From positions 96,001 to 160,000 of the forward strand of contig JBPCLP010000008.1 of the NCBI GenBank assembly GCA_051003195.1: a stretch of 64,000 bases of DNA, in the 5' to 3' direction. The DNA comes from Candidatus Sumerlaeaceae bacterium. Its GTDB lineage: Bacteria > Sumerlaeota > Sumerlaeia > Sumerlaeales > Sumerlaeaceae. The translations under genes and the position numbers were made by a program. This document shows positions 10,040 through 20,231 of this stretch, piece by piece (position 1 is the stretch's first letter; each line of letters opens with the position of its first letter). The notes beneath the pieces are model-generated. The model was not told the origin of the DNA. It worked only from the letters and a program-made list of their open reading frames with translations, and searched no databases.

Positions 10040-10459
10040 TATAGGTGCATTCAAGCCGAATGGGCACAATTGAACTGGAATCCCAGTAAGCTACTGGGCG
10101 GCTGTAAGCGCCAGAAATGTCGCCCACAGCCGCCCGCAACTTCGCGGAGGTGCCTTGGTCGTGTAGGTTGCTGCCCCGTTGTAGGTCAGTAACCCCCGCC
10201 CGATAAGCCGCCTGCTGCCTTTCCTCCCGCGAGTCCGACCGTTCAGATGCGGCGTTCCGAGGTGTTCCGGATCGCCGCAAGCAAGTTACCCTGCGCTAGC
10301 TTATCATTGTTTTGTGCGTGCGCATGGCGACCCATGCAAGAGAAATTTGCACAGTTTTTGTGCCCGCAACTGATTGTGCCTGCAAAGGCACATAACTCTA
10401 AAGAACTCAGTGGACAATTTAACCGGTTTAGTTACCACATCTGTCGTAACAGACGGTAC

Positions 10460-11515
10460 TCAGACGCCGGGCCTATGACGTAATCGATCAAGTGTTACCG
10501 CGATTACGATAATGGAACCTGTGACGATCTGCTGCACCCAGTTGGCCAGACCCATCTGCGAACAACCGGACCGAATGGTCGTCATAAACAGCGCACCAAC
10601 GAGTGTCCCTAAAACGGAGCCTTGTCCCCCAGCCAGGCTGCCGCCGCCAATCACGACGGCGGCGATGACATCCAGTTCCAGCCCAACCGCAACGGTGGGA
10701 TCGCCGACTGTGAGCCTCGAAAACTGCAACAGTCCAGCTACGCCGGCCATGAAGCCGCCAATCATGTAAACCAATAGCTGCACACGGGGCACCCGGATTC
10801 CACATAGACGGGCAGTGGCCTCGTTGCTGCCTACCGCAAATACGTGCAGTCCGAAGCGGGTGTAATACAACATGAAGGCTACGACAACAGCAAGGCCCAG
10901 CAGCATCCAGACGCCGGGCGGAACCAGCATCCACTGCTTGTTTTTTTGCAGGGCCGCCAGCACATCGGCCAGCCACGTCATCGGTGCGTCGATTTTCTGC
11001 TCGTTGGCTGTGCCAGTGGCAAATCCACGGAAAAGCAGTAGTGTCCCGAGGGTCACGATAAAGGGTACAATCCGCAGGCTGGTCGTCAGTATTCCGTTCA
11101 ACAGTCCGCATGCGGTGGCAACAAGGATTCCGGCAAGTGCTGCAATGTAGGCGGCGTACTGCGGCAGCTCAGAGTTACCGGCGGTTTCAGCACGCATCTC
11201 GAACCTTCGCAAAACGAAGGCGATGATCACGGTAGTGAGCGCGACTACGGAACCGACCGACAGGTCAATACCACCCGCTGCAATGATGACTGTCATGCCC
11301 AGCGCTGCTGTTCCGACAATCGCGGTTTGACGGGCAATCGTCTCGAGGTTTCGTGCTGAGCCAAAGCTGCCACCTGGAACCCGGTACCAGAAAAAAGCGA
11401 AGACGATCAGCAAGGCTCCTATGAGCATGAGCCGATCCAGGGGCAGGCGCTGCGACAGCGGCACTTTGTCCAGCATTTCGGCATGCACCGGCGCTATAAA
11501 TGCAGGCTCACTCAT
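10460..11515 (-). CDS. Monosaccharide ABC transporter permease (RbsC-like)
   Basis: GGIDLSVGS, AVGSNEATARLCGI, ELDVIAAVVIGGGSLAGG; ATG 11515 overlaps the ATPase stop (ATGA). Confidence 0.9.
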   Translation of the reverse strand: MSEPAFIAPVHAEMLDKVPLSQRLPLDRLMLIGALLIVFAFFWYRVPGGSFGSARNLETIARQTAIVGTAALGMTVIIAAGGIDLSVGSVVALTTVIIAFVLRRFEMRAETAGNSELPQYAAYIAALAGILVATACGLLNGILTTSLRIVPFIVTLGTLLLFRGFATGTANEQKIDAPMTWLADVLAALQKNKQWMLVPPGVWMLLGLAVVVAFMLYYTRFGLHVFAVGSNEATARLCGIRVPRVQLLVYMIGGFMAGVAGLLQFSRLTVGDPTVAVGLELDVIAAVVIGGGSLAGGQGSVLGTLVGALFMTTIRSGCSQMGLANWVQQIVTGSIIVIAVTLDRLRHRPGV

Positions 11516-13011
11516 GCGGCTTCCTGCGCAGTCCCGCTTGCGGCGAGCATTAAGGTGTGTTCTGACCACTCCTCGGCGGCACGCGGCACACCAAGCCGGC
11601 CCCTGTGCATAACGGCGACGCGATCACAAACGCCAAGGAGTTCCTGAAGCGAGCTGCTCACGAGCAGAACCGCTTTGGGGTTTGGCCCGGTCACCAGTTC
11701 GTCGATCAGACGATAGACCTGCGCCTTGCTTCCCACATCGATCCCGCGCGTGGGTTCATCCAGAAGCAACACGTCGACATCATGGTGGAGCAGCCGCGCG
11801 ATTGCAACTTTCTGCTGGTTTCCGCCAGACAGACTGCCCACGATCTGACGCGGGCCACGGCAGCGGACCGCAAGCTTTTGAATCCAGGTAACAGCAGCCC
11901 GGTTTCTGCGCGAGGGAATCGAGGCCGGCCGCGACAGCGTTAGATTATCACCTATCGACATTTGCAGCGCAAGGCCCTCCGTCTTTCGGTCTTCGCTGAC
12001 CAGGCCCAGCCCGTGCCTGAGCCAATCATGCGGAGATGCAGGACCTGTGTGCACACCCATGCGAATCTTGCCGCGGCGCACTGCATCCAACCCAAACAGA
12101 CAGCGCAAAAACTCGGTTCGGCCGGCGCCAACAAGTCCCGCGATGCCGAGTACTTCGCCGCGGTGCAGCTTTAACGACGCAAGCTCTGGCTTTAGTGTAC
12201 CACCGAGGTCTTCAACCTGGAGAATAATTTCACCCGGCGTTCGAGCACTGCGCATGTACATGCTTCCGAGTTTGCGTCCGACCATCAGGTCGGCGAGGAG
12301 TTCGGGCGACGCGCCTGCCGTCGATCCTTCACCGGCAGTTTTGCCGTCGCGCAGAATGATGTAGCGGTCTGCAATTCGAAGCACCTCCTCCAGGAAGTGC
12401 GAGATGTAGACAATCGCATAGCCTTGTTTTTTCAACCGCTCGATTAATCCGAATAATTTCTCCACGTCCGCTTGTGCGAGCGTGCCGGTGGGCTCATCGA
12501 GTACAAGCACCCGGGCACCGACGGCGATGGCGCGCGCAATCTCTACGAGCTGGCGAGCGGCGAGCGGCAGGCGCTGGACCGCAAGGTACGTGGGAATTTC
12601 GGGATGGTCGAGTTGCGCGAGCGCGTTGTGCGCTACCTTGCGCATTTGTCTGAGATTCAGCACACCTGCAATGCCGGGTTCCGATCCGAGTGAGATGTTC
12701 TGCTCCACGGTCAGGTGCGGTGCGAGGCTGAGTTCCTGGTAGATCATAGCTACACCCGCACTGCGCGCCTGCTTTGGATCGCGCGGGGCGTAAGGAAGGC
12801 CATCCAATACCATCTTGCCCGTGTCCGGCTGAATGGCACCGGATAGAACTTTCATCAGTGTGCTTTTTCCGGCGCCGTTTTCGCCAACAAGTGCCAGCAC
12901 CTCACCGGGTGAGACCGAGATCTTCACATCCGACAGGGCAATCGTTGCTCCAAAGCGTTTGGAGATGGCGCGCATTTCGAAACGTGGCGATGGATTTGAA
13001 GGCGTAGACAT
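11512..13011 (-). CDS. Monosaccharide ABC transporter ATPase (RbsA/MglA-like, two NBDs)
   Basis: GENGAGKSTL, LDEPT, LSGGNQQK, DEPTRGIDVG. Confidence 0.93.
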   Translation of the reverse strand: MSTPSNPSPRFEMRAISKRFGATIALSDVKISVSPGEVLALVGENGAGKSTLMKVLSGAIQPDTGKMVLDGLPYAPRDPKQARSAGVAMIYQELSLAPHLTVEQNISLGSEPGIAGVLNLRQMRKVAHNALAQLDHPEIPTYLAVQRLPLAARQLVEIARAIAVGARVLVLDEPTGTLAQADVEKLFGLIERLKKQGYAIVYISHFLEEVLRIADRYIILRDGKTAGEGSTAGASPELLADLMVGRKLGSMYMRSARTPGEIILQVEDLGGTLKPELASLKLHRGEVLGIAGLVGAGRTEFLRCLFGLDAVRRGKIRMGVHTGPASPHDWLRHGLGLVSEDRKTEGLALQMSIGDNLTLSRPASIPSRRNRAAVTWIQKLAVRCRGPRQIVGSLSGGNQQKVAIARLLHHDVDVLLLDEPTRGIDVGSKAQVYRLIDELVTGPNPKAVLLVSSSLQELLGVCDRVAVMHRGRLGVPRAAEEWSEHTLMLAASGTAQEAA

Positions 13012-13099
13012 ATATCGCTCGCCAGCCAAGCGGGCTGACAACGCTTGTCACTGAAAAACAAAGTGAGCTTGCATGGTTGTCGCGCAAGGACGAGGACTC

Positions 13100-13951
13100 T
13101 TACCTTCGACTATGTTGATCAGCCTGGTGAGGATCTGACGTTAAGAACCGTCGCATTCCGGCGAGGTCATCCGTGTTCAGGTGATCTATGCCTGCGTTCG
13201 TTAATTCGCGCCACATCGCGGGATTGTCCGGCGCGCCCCAGAAACGGAGCGCTCTCCCCTGTGCGTGCACTTGCTCGACAATCCGCTGCAGTTCCTGCTG
13301 CTCCAGAGTTGGCATCGGACCTGTGCCTTGCCATGTGAAATGATCCTTCCAGGCGGCGCTGACCAGTGGCATCAGGCTCACTGGAACCGTGGTGCTCATC
13401 TCATTCAAGCGCCCATCCATAGCGGCATAACGCAGAGGTTTGCTTCCGAACGACGCGAGATCGGGGCGATTTCCCGTTAACACGATTGTAACGGAACCAA
13501 CCTCTGGCTGATCTCCAAAGCTGGTGAGCATGTTGCGATAGGATCCAAGCAGCCGTTGGAGCTCGCTCCATGTGCCCTCGCCATCGGCTTTAATATCAAT
13601 GAGCAGCAGTAGCGACTGCGAACTTTCCCGAAAGACATATCCCCCATTATCGCGCACCCTCTTCTGAAGCGGATCCAGGTAAAGCGACCGGAGCGATCGG
13701 TCGGCTCGAGCGTCTTTCCGCTCGTGCGCAACCAGTAGATTTCCGTCCACAAAGTGCACATCTGCTTCGACACTCGCAAAGCCGTGATCGAGCGCATCGA
13801 ACAACGGCCTGGTGTGTTCATAATCGTTGTGCGCATGCGCACGCGTTAGAACGGAAGTTGTGCCCGCGCTATCCCCGCTCGTTCCTGTCGGCGAGTTGCC
13901 TAACACAAGAACATAAACGCAGATGCGGAATGTTTGTCCAGGCTTGAGCAT
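13100..13951 (-). CDS. PI-PLC/GDPD-like phosphodiesterase (AIM6-like)
   Basis: HAHNDY, SVEADV, LLIDIK, LRFW, LNTDDL motifs; start set to ATG 13951, downstream of a terminator. Confidence 0.8.
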   Translation of the reverse strand: MLKPGQTFRICVYVLVLGNSPTGTSGDSAGTTSVLTRAHAHNDYEHTRPLFDALDHGFASVEADVHFVDGNLLVAHERKDARADRSLRSLYLDPLQKRVRDNGGYVFRESSQSLLLLIDIKADGEGTWSELQRLLGSYRNMLTSFGDQPEVGSVTIVLTGNRPDLASFGSKPLRYAAMDGRLNEMSTTVPVSLMPLVSAAWKDHFTWQGTGPMPTLEQQELQRIVEQVHAQGRALRFWGAPDNPAMWRELTNAGIDHLNTDDLAGMRRFLTSDPHQADQHSRR

Positions 13952-13987
13952 CCATCCAGTACGAGCAGGGCGGCGGCGACAGGGAAG

Positions 13988-14015
13988 AAAAAAGCCCGGC
14001 GCAAAGGCCGGGCTT
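13988..14015 (-). terminator. Rho-independent terminator of 14040..14645
   Basis: Minus strand aagcccggc-ctttgc-gccgggc-tttttt. Confidence 0.8.
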
Positions 14016-14039
14016 CTAGCTGGTATAAACGCGCCGCAG

Positions 14040-14645
14040 TTACGGATTTGCTGGCACCACTTCCTTTTTCTCGACGACTGTGCCACCTGCAGGGACGCCA
14101 ATGCTTGCACCGCCCATAGGCGTGGTGATGGAAACGCCAGCGGTTGCCGGCACTGTTTCATAGGAGCTGACATAGTACTTCGGCTCCGTTACGGCAACGG
14201 GATGCTCGGTAAGATAGGTGCGAACTTTCGTCACTTGTTCGGGTTTGAGAATGCTCGTTTGCTGCGTATAATACTCTTTCACCTTATCCAGGTTGTTCGC
14301 TCGGCGAGCTTCCATGACCTGAAGGTCGATATCGCGAAGCCTTACGATGTCTGCGTCGACTACGCCGGCTGCGCGGTATGCGGACTCCAAGCGCGTGGTG
14401 TAGCTATTTGTAACGGTGCTGCTGCTGCTGGTTTTCGTCACAGAACCCGGTGAGCTGGATGTGGACGATTGCTGCGTGGTCTCCGACTTCACGGTTGTCG
14501 CAGGCGCGGCGGTGCTGGATTGGATCGTCGTGGATTTGACCGCCGGATCCGACGTGGTGGTCTTTTGCGTAACTACGGTATCCTGAGCGTAGCTAACGCT
14601 GGCGGCGAGCGCGACCGCCGCAGCCAGTGTGGTAATGCTTTTCAT
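14040..14645 (-). CDS. Secreted Thr/Ser-rich protein with unrecognised helical domain (paralogue of 24232..25092)
   Basis: Signal peptide ending SYA-Q; T/S-rich linker; YTTRLESAYRAAG...LRDID domain. Confidence 0.85.
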   Translation of the reverse strand: MKSITTLAAAVALAASVSYAQDTVVTQKTTTSDPAVKSTTIQSSTAAPATTVKSETTQQSSTSSSPGSVTKTSSSSTVTNSYTTRLESAYRAAGVVDADIVRLRDIDLQVMEARRANNLDKVKEYYTQQTSILKPEQVTKVRTYLTEHPVAVTEPKYYVSSYETVPATAGVSITTPMGGASIGVPAGGTVVEKKEVVPANP

Positions 14646-14775
14646 GAGCTTACCCTTTCAACTATTTGAGGTTGAGGCAACAAGCTCTGGACTGACTTTG
14701 TGCTGGCGATGACCCTCCAAGCAGCATCAGCCCAAGTCTATTGCCCGCCCGCGATGGGGTCGAGCCCTGAAAAGT

Positions 14776-14791
14776 TGCAAAGTGCGTGCCA
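14776..14791 (-). promoter_or_regulatory. Putative sigma54 promoter
   Basis: Minus strand TGGCACGCACTTTGCA, full consensus match. Confidence 0.75.
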
Positions 14792-14848
14792 CAGAATGTA
14801 AATCGTGTTGCAGCAAAGCCCCGTAACTGGTGTAGTAAGGACCCTGAA

Positions 14849-16597
14849 ATGGCTGATATCCAGATACTACCCGAAAACCGGTTCTCGCTCGCTTTCCCGT
14901 ACGATGAAGACCGTATTGCACAAATTAAGCTGTTAGCGGATCGACGCTGGAATCCGGAAGACAAACGGTGGGAGTTGCCCATTGGACAGCTTGGCACTGT
15001 GCTGCGGCTGTTCCGATTGGAATCGGCAGACCTGGATAAAAAGGTGCTGCGCGCCTGGCAGTTGCACCAGATTCGAGCGAAAAAGGTGCATCTGCAGAGC
15101 GGGAACCTGACGACGACCCTGGTCGGCGATGGGCTGCCGCTGGAGAAGATAGACGCGCTCACGTCGTTTTTTGTCCCGGGTTATCGTTACATGCCGCGGT
15201 TCAAAAAAGGCCAGTGGGACGGGAAGAAGCACCTGTTTAATAGCCGCAAGAAGACGCTGCCGACCGGGTTGGTGCCGCGGGTGGCGGCGCTGCTGGAGCA
15301 GGAAGGTATTGTTTGCCAAGTGCAGTCGACGGAGGTGGCGGAGCAGAGCCCGTTGGCGGAGACATCGATCGCAAAAGCCCTGGAATCGGTCGCTAAACCA
15401 ATGTCGAAATCCGCTCGCGGAAAGGCGGCCCGGAAGACGTCGTCCAGCGTTGAATTCCGGGATTACCAGACGGAGTGCATCGCGGCGGCGGTGGCGGGAA
15501 AACGCGGAGTGCTGCAGCTTGCCACAGGTGGCGGCAAGACACTGATCGCGGCGGAGATTATCAGGCGAATTGACCGGCCTGCGATGTTCCTCGTTCACAC
15601 GCGTGACCTTCTGCATCAGACCAGGGCGGTACTTTCTGATTACCTCGGAATGCCCATCGGCCAGGCTGGCGACGGCGTGGTGTCGCTGCAGCATGTGACG
15701 GTTGCAACCGTGCAGACGTGCGCCCGCGCGCTGGACGTGAAGATTACGAAGACGCCGGAAGATGATGAGTTGTTGGAGACTGATCGTACGGATCTACGCC
15801 GCAACGCTGCCGACCTTGTGGCTTACATACGCCAGGTGCCGGTTGTATTTTTTGATGAGTGTCATCATTTGCCGGCGGATACGACCTATGACCTGTCGAT
15901 GCAGATGGAGGGTGCATCGTGGCGCTTTGGATTGAGCGCAACGCCTTACCGCGCGGACAGGATGGACCTGCTGCTCGAGGCCGCACTGGGTCCCGAACTG
16001 TTCGCGGCGGCGGCGTCCGCGCTGATCGACAAGGGATACCTGGTTCCGCCGAAAATCCGGTTTCTGCCGATGCCGGCCCTCATTGTAAGATCTGGCAAGG
16101 CAGACTACCAGGACATTTTTTCGAGTTACGTTGTAGAGAACCCGCGAAGGAACCAACTAATTGCGGATACTGCACGCGAGCTGGCGGCCAAGGGCAACTC
16201 CGTGTTGATCCTGGTTTCGCAGGTGCGGCAGGGAGAGTTACTGCAAAGGCTACTGCCGGATGTTCCCCTGGTGCAGGGCGCAGACGCGGCGGAGCGACGC
16301 GGCGAAGTGTTTGCGGCACTCGGGCGTAAAGAGCTGCCGATTGCGATCGCGACTACGCTCGCTGACGAAGGGCTCGACGTGCCTTCACTGAATGCCGTGA
16401 TCCTTGCGAGCGCGGGACGGAGCGAAACACGCGCGCTGCAACGGGTAGGTCGTGCATTGCGGCCGTCGCCCAAAAAGAAGCACGCGGTCATCATCGACTT
16501 CATGGACGACGCACCTTTCCTGAAGGAACATGCGCAGCGCAGATTGCAGATTTTTAAATCCGAGCCGGCGTTTGAAGTGAAGGTTATCGGGAAATAA
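14849..16597 (+). CDS. SF2 DEAH helicase, UvsW/RadD-like, with N-terminal HARP-like domain
   Basis: RDYQ, LATGGGKT, DECHH, GLSATP, EGLDVP, QRVGRALR; N-terminal FPYDEDRIAQIK...RRWNPEDKRW. Confidence 0.9.
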   Translation: MADIQILPENRFSLAFPYDEDRIAQIKLLADRRWNPEDKRWELPIGQLGTVLRLFRLESADLDKKVLRAWQLHQIRAKKVHLQSGNLTTTLVGDGLPLEKIDALTSFFVPGYRYMPRFKKGQWDGKKHLFNSRKKTLPTGLVPRVAALLEQEGIVCQVQSTEVAEQSPLAETSIAKALESVAKPMSKSARGKAARKTSSSVEFRDYQTECIAAAVAGKRGVLQLATGGGKTLIAAEIIRRIDRPAMFLVHTRDLLHQTRAVLSDYLGMPIGQAGDGVVSLQHVTVATVQTCARALDVKITKTPEDDELLETDRTDLRRNAADLVAYIRQVPVVFFDECHHLPADTTYDLSMQMEGASWRFGLSATPYRADRMDLLLEAALGPELFAAAASALIDKGYLVPPKIRFLPMPALIVRSGKADYQDIFSSYVVENPRRNQLIADTARELAAKGNSVLILVSQVRQGELLQRLLPDVPLVQGADAAERRGEVFAALGRKELPIAIATTLADEGLDVPSLNAVILASAGRSETRALQRVGRALRPSPKKKHAVIIDFMDDAPFLKEHAQRRLQIFKSEPAFEVKVIGK

Positions 16598-16601
16598 CCG
16601 C

Positions 16602-18587
16602 TCACGCAGAGGCGCCCGATGTCACCTTTGCCATGTCGAGGAGTTGGGCGACTGGATAGGGGGAGGGACTTGCGTAGTGAAGGCTTACAAAAGTTCCGGT
16701 GCACGTGCCAGCGCTTGCGCGCAATGTGTTCACGGCAGTGTGCGGATAGAGAATGTTAGTTTTCTCTCCGGGCTGAAGAAAGTGCGTTGCCAGTTCCACT
16801 GCGGTATAGCCTTCGAGGTTCACCGTGAAGACCACCGCTCCGGTTCTGCTGTTGCGCGACCACAGCCAGTTTGCTTTGGATTCCTGCTCGCATTCAGTCA
16901 CGTCGTGCAGGCCATGCGAATAGGAGCCTTCCAAAAGTTCAATGAAGGGCAGTTCTTCAGGCTCCAATGCCGAGATGACGTGAGTGCGTTCCTCAAATTC
17001 ATCGAACAGCCGGATTCGCGACGACACCGAGAATACACACGTCCCGAGCACGCTTTCCCACTCGATGATCAGTGATCCATCTCCGAGCAATTTACCTGAA
17101 TGCACTTTCGTGCGACTGGCGCTGTCGCCGGTCAGCACATTGCGAAACACCAGGGCCTGGTCCCAGGGACAAACATCTGGATGATCAATCACATTATATG
17201 GGAAATGGGACGAGTATCCGAACTTTAGATACTTGTCTCGATACGTGGATTTGTGCAGATTGCGCGACTCAACCCAGCGCACCTGTCCGGATTTCCTTGT
17301 ACCCACGACGATCATTCCCAAAGCCGGGAAGCGTGTCTCGAAGTCCGCCTTTTCCACCGGCAGCGGGTCTTCGGGTGCCGTCCAGAAGGGGTCGTCTTTT
17401 TTCAGCCCGAGAAATGCAAACGACGACATGCACCAGTACGGATGGCCGTTGTCGATGTAGCGTTCCTTAATCGCTGGACTGGATTCCGGCGCAAACGTTT
17501 CGCGAAGTTTACCGCGCTGTTCATCGAAGGCCCCCATGTTCCAGAAGAACTGGATATTTCTGCGAACGAGGCCGCGCAGCAGACCGGGTGAATGCGGCCA
17601 GGCTTTCTGCTGATACGCTAAAACAAAGGGCAACACGGCAGCCCAGCGATAAATCAGCGAGCGGCCGAACAGCACATGGCTGCCATTGGCGGCAAAAAAC
17701 TCCGGTGCATGTTTTAAAAACTGCTGGAGACGCGGAAAGAACTTGTCGCTCCAATTGAGGAATCTTTCACCGGCGATTTCCTGCCAGTAGAGAAAGTGGC
17801 TGGCGTACGTCCAGAAATTATACCAGTCGTACACCTCGAAGCCGGGATAATCATTGTACCAGCCATTACTATCGGGACGGGCCATGGCATCCAATGCGGC
17901 GAGGTCGGCATTCATCCACGCTTCGTCCCCTTTAAACTCCGGCCATAGGCTGGCGAGTTGCAGTCGGGCAACCTGGTTGATGGCGGAAAACCAGGCGTGG
18001 TTGTGCTTGTGCTCAGGAACCACCGTGCAGCTCGCGAGCCAGTTCTGCAGTTCTGTGCGCGCCTTGGATCCCACTTCCTCGCCAAAACGTTCGCCCATGC
18101 GCCAGAAAGCGTAGGCGACCAGGCATGCTTCCACCTGGCGCTGGTCGGCCTTTTTTGGATTGGACTCGCCCCAGTAATTCAGATGCGCCGGATCAAAAGC
18201 ATGCTGGTATATGCTGAGCATGACCTGGCGCAGATCCGCTGGATCGGCGCCTCCGGCGGCGAGAGGGGCAGGTTCGTTGCCGCTGCTCAGCCAGACCGCA
18301 ATGGCAGGCAGCATGCGTGCGACACCGACGTACGTATGCCCGGACGGTGAGCTGCAGCTCTTGAGCATCGTCCCATCGGGAAAATCGCATACGGCGTAAG
18401 TGCCATCCGTGTTTCGAGCGTTCTGCAGGAAACCCTCCAGCAGCTTAAGAAAAATTCGCGTCAGCTCTTGCCGCGTGGCGTCGCCCGGAGGCGTGTTGAA
18501 TCGTGTGGAGGCCGTGGCCAGGGCAGCCGGGAATGCGGCTCCCGCAGCGGCAGCGAGGCTACTTGTTAGAAACGTTCGGCGGTTCAT
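16602..18587 (-). CDS. Tat-exported DUF2264-like protein
   Basis: MNRRTFL Tat signal; DQRQVEA, GWYND...DWYN, FGRSLIYR motifs. Confidence 0.8.
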   Translation of the reverse strand: MNRRTFLTSSLAAAAGAAFPAALATASTRFNTPPGDATRQELTRIFLKLLEGFLQNARNTDGTYAVCDFPDGTMLKSCSSPSGHTYVGVARMLPAIAVWLSSGNEPAPLAAGGADPADLRQVMLSIYQHAFDPAHLNYWGESNPKKADQRQVEACLVAYAFWRMGERFGEEVGSKARTELQNWLASCTVVPEHKHNHAWFSAINQVARLQLASLWPEFKGDEAWMNADLAALDAMARPDSNGWYNDYPGFEVYDWYNFWTYASHFLYWQEIAGERFLNWSDKFFPRLQQFLKHAPEFFAANGSHVLFGRSLIYRWAAVLPFVLAYQQKAWPHSPGLLRGLVRRNIQFFWNMGAFDEQRGKLRETFAPESSPAIKERYIDNGHPYWCMSSFAFLGLKKDDPFWTAPEDPLPVEKADFETRFPALGMIVVGTRKSGQVRWVESRNLHKSTYRDKYLKFGYSSHFPYNVIDHPDVCPWDQALVFRNVLTGDSASRTKVHSGKLLGDGSLIIEWESVLGTCVFSVSSRIRLFDEFEERTHVISALEPEELPFIELLEGSYSHGLHDVTECEQESKANWLWSRNSRTGAVVFTVNLEGYTAVELATHFLQPGEKTNILYPHTAVNTLRASAGTCTGTFVSLHYASPSPYPVAQLLDMAKVTSGASA

Positions 18588-18689
18588 TCGAGTGAGCAGA
18601 ATTGTGGAGGACAGTTTTGTCACGGGGCAATTCCCGGCAGTCGGGCAATTGCGGACGTTGAATGTCGAGGTGCGCGATTAGTTCAAGGC

Positions 18690-20114
18690 TCAGAGCCTGG
18701 CCTGCGGTGGAATAGGGGGCGCTTCAAGGAACGGAATGCCGGTACGCCGATGGGCGCTGCGGACCATTTCCGCGGCAGCCGCATTTGCTTTCTCGACGAT
18801 CTCTTCTTCACGTATGCGTACGAGATTGCCTCCGCTCACCACAATCTCGCCGTTTACAATCGTGGTGTCCACGATGTGCGAATCGCCCGCAAAGACAGGC
18901 GCGGTCACGGGATCATGCAATGCACCGGCAAAGCCAATCTTCTGCAAATCGATTAAGATGACGTCGGCGATGGCGCCCGGTTCCAGGCGCCCGAGCTGTT
19001 CATAGCCAAGCAGCCTTGCGCCGCCGCCGGTTGCAAGGCGCAGCACCGTACGCGCGTCGATGGCGTCCGCTCCGCCCATCACACGATGCAGGAGCATGGC
19101 GTTTCTCACTTCGCCCCATAGGTCGCCGGTATCGTTGCTCGCGCTGCCGTCGACCCCGAGGCCAACAGGTACGCCGGCCGCCAGCATCTTAGGGATGGGC
19201 GCAATGCCAGAACCCAGGCGCATGTTCGAAGCAGGGCAGTGGGCCACGCCGGTACCTGTCGCGGCAAGCCGGCCGATTTCGTAGTCGTTGAGATGAACAA
19301 CATGGGCGAACCAGACATCGTCTCCAAGCCAGCCAATCTTCTCGGCCCATTCGATGGGCCGCATGCCGTAGATTTCCTGGCAGTAGCGTTCCTCATCCAG
19401 AGTTTCGGCCATGTGCGTGTGTAGACGAAGGCCGCGCCGACGAGCCATATGAGACAGCTCGATCATAATATCTTCCGTAACCGAAAACGGCGAGCAGGGT
19501 GCGAGTGCGATCTTCACCATCGCATCGGGTGCGGGATCGTGGTACGTTTCCGCAACGCGTTCGCAGTCCGCGTAAATTTCATCGGGGGTCTGCACGACGT
19601 CATCCGGTGGCAGTCCGCCCTGGCTTTTTCCTCGCGACATGCTTCCGCGCGTCGGGTGAAATCGAATTCCGAGCTCCTGCGCGGCACGAATCTCCGCATC
19701 GATAAGTCGGCCGTCCGCGGCGCGTGGGAACAGGTAGAGATGATCGGTCGAAGTCGTGCACCCGGTCAGCAGCAGTTCGCCGAGGCCCACCAGCGCGCTG
19801 ATGTACACCAGTTCGGGGGTGACTTCGCGCCAGATTTCGTAGAGGTTGGTTAGCCATTCGAAAAGCTCCGCGTTCTGTACGCGAGGCACGTTACGTGTCA
19901 GCGACTGGTACAAGTGGTGGTGACAGTTCACAAACCCCGGCAGGCAAAGCATGCCTCGGGCATCGATGATTCGCGCGCCGGCAGGCGCGATAAGCCCGAC
20001 TCCGATCTTTTCGATTCGATTTCCGGCAATCAGGAGGTCGGCGTCTTCGAGTTCGCGATTGCCGGCGTCGAAGGTTGCGATACGCAGCGCCCGTTGTATT
20101 AAAATCAAAGACAT
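18690..20114 (-). CDS. Amidohydrolase, 8-oxoguanine deaminase-like
   Basis: NCHHHLYQ, PCSPF, HTHMAE, HCPASN, GVDGSASND. Confidence 0.88.
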   Translation of the reverse strand: MSLILIQRALRIATFDAGNRELEDADLLIAGNRIEKIGVGLIAPAGARIIDARGMLCLPGFVNCHHHLYQSLTRNVPRVQNAELFEWLTNLYEIWREVTPELVYISALVGLGELLLTGCTTSTDHLYLFPRAADGRLIDAEIRAAQELGIRFHPTRGSMSRGKSQGGLPPDDVVQTPDEIYADCERVAETYHDPAPDAMVKIALAPCSPFSVTEDIMIELSHMARRRGLRLHTHMAETLDEERYCQEIYGMRPIEWAEKIGWLGDDVWFAHVVHLNDYEIGRLAATGTGVAHCPASNMRLGSGIAPIPKMLAAGVPVGLGVDGSASNDTGDLWGEVRNAMLLHRVMGGADAIDARTVLRLATGGGARLLGYEQLGRLEPGAIADVILIDLQKIGFAGALHDPVTAPVFAGDSHIVDTTIVNGEIVVSGGNLVRIREEEIVEKANAAAAEMVRSAHRRTGIPFLEAPPIPPQARL

Positions 20115-20231
20115 GTAGGGCGCATAAAACCAGGTTGCCCGCTACGCAAGCTGAACCAGCCGCGTTCACACAAACAAAACTGTGACAGCGCGGTTGACGC
20201 GCGCAAAATGGCACTTCATCCAACATTCGAT

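Noticed and set aside
10195..10235. RNase P or SRP RNA (GAGGAAAG and GGCTTATCGG words on the minus strand)
   Set aside because: The words are only about 10 nt apart; the GTCC continuation, required length and SRP loop motif are missing.
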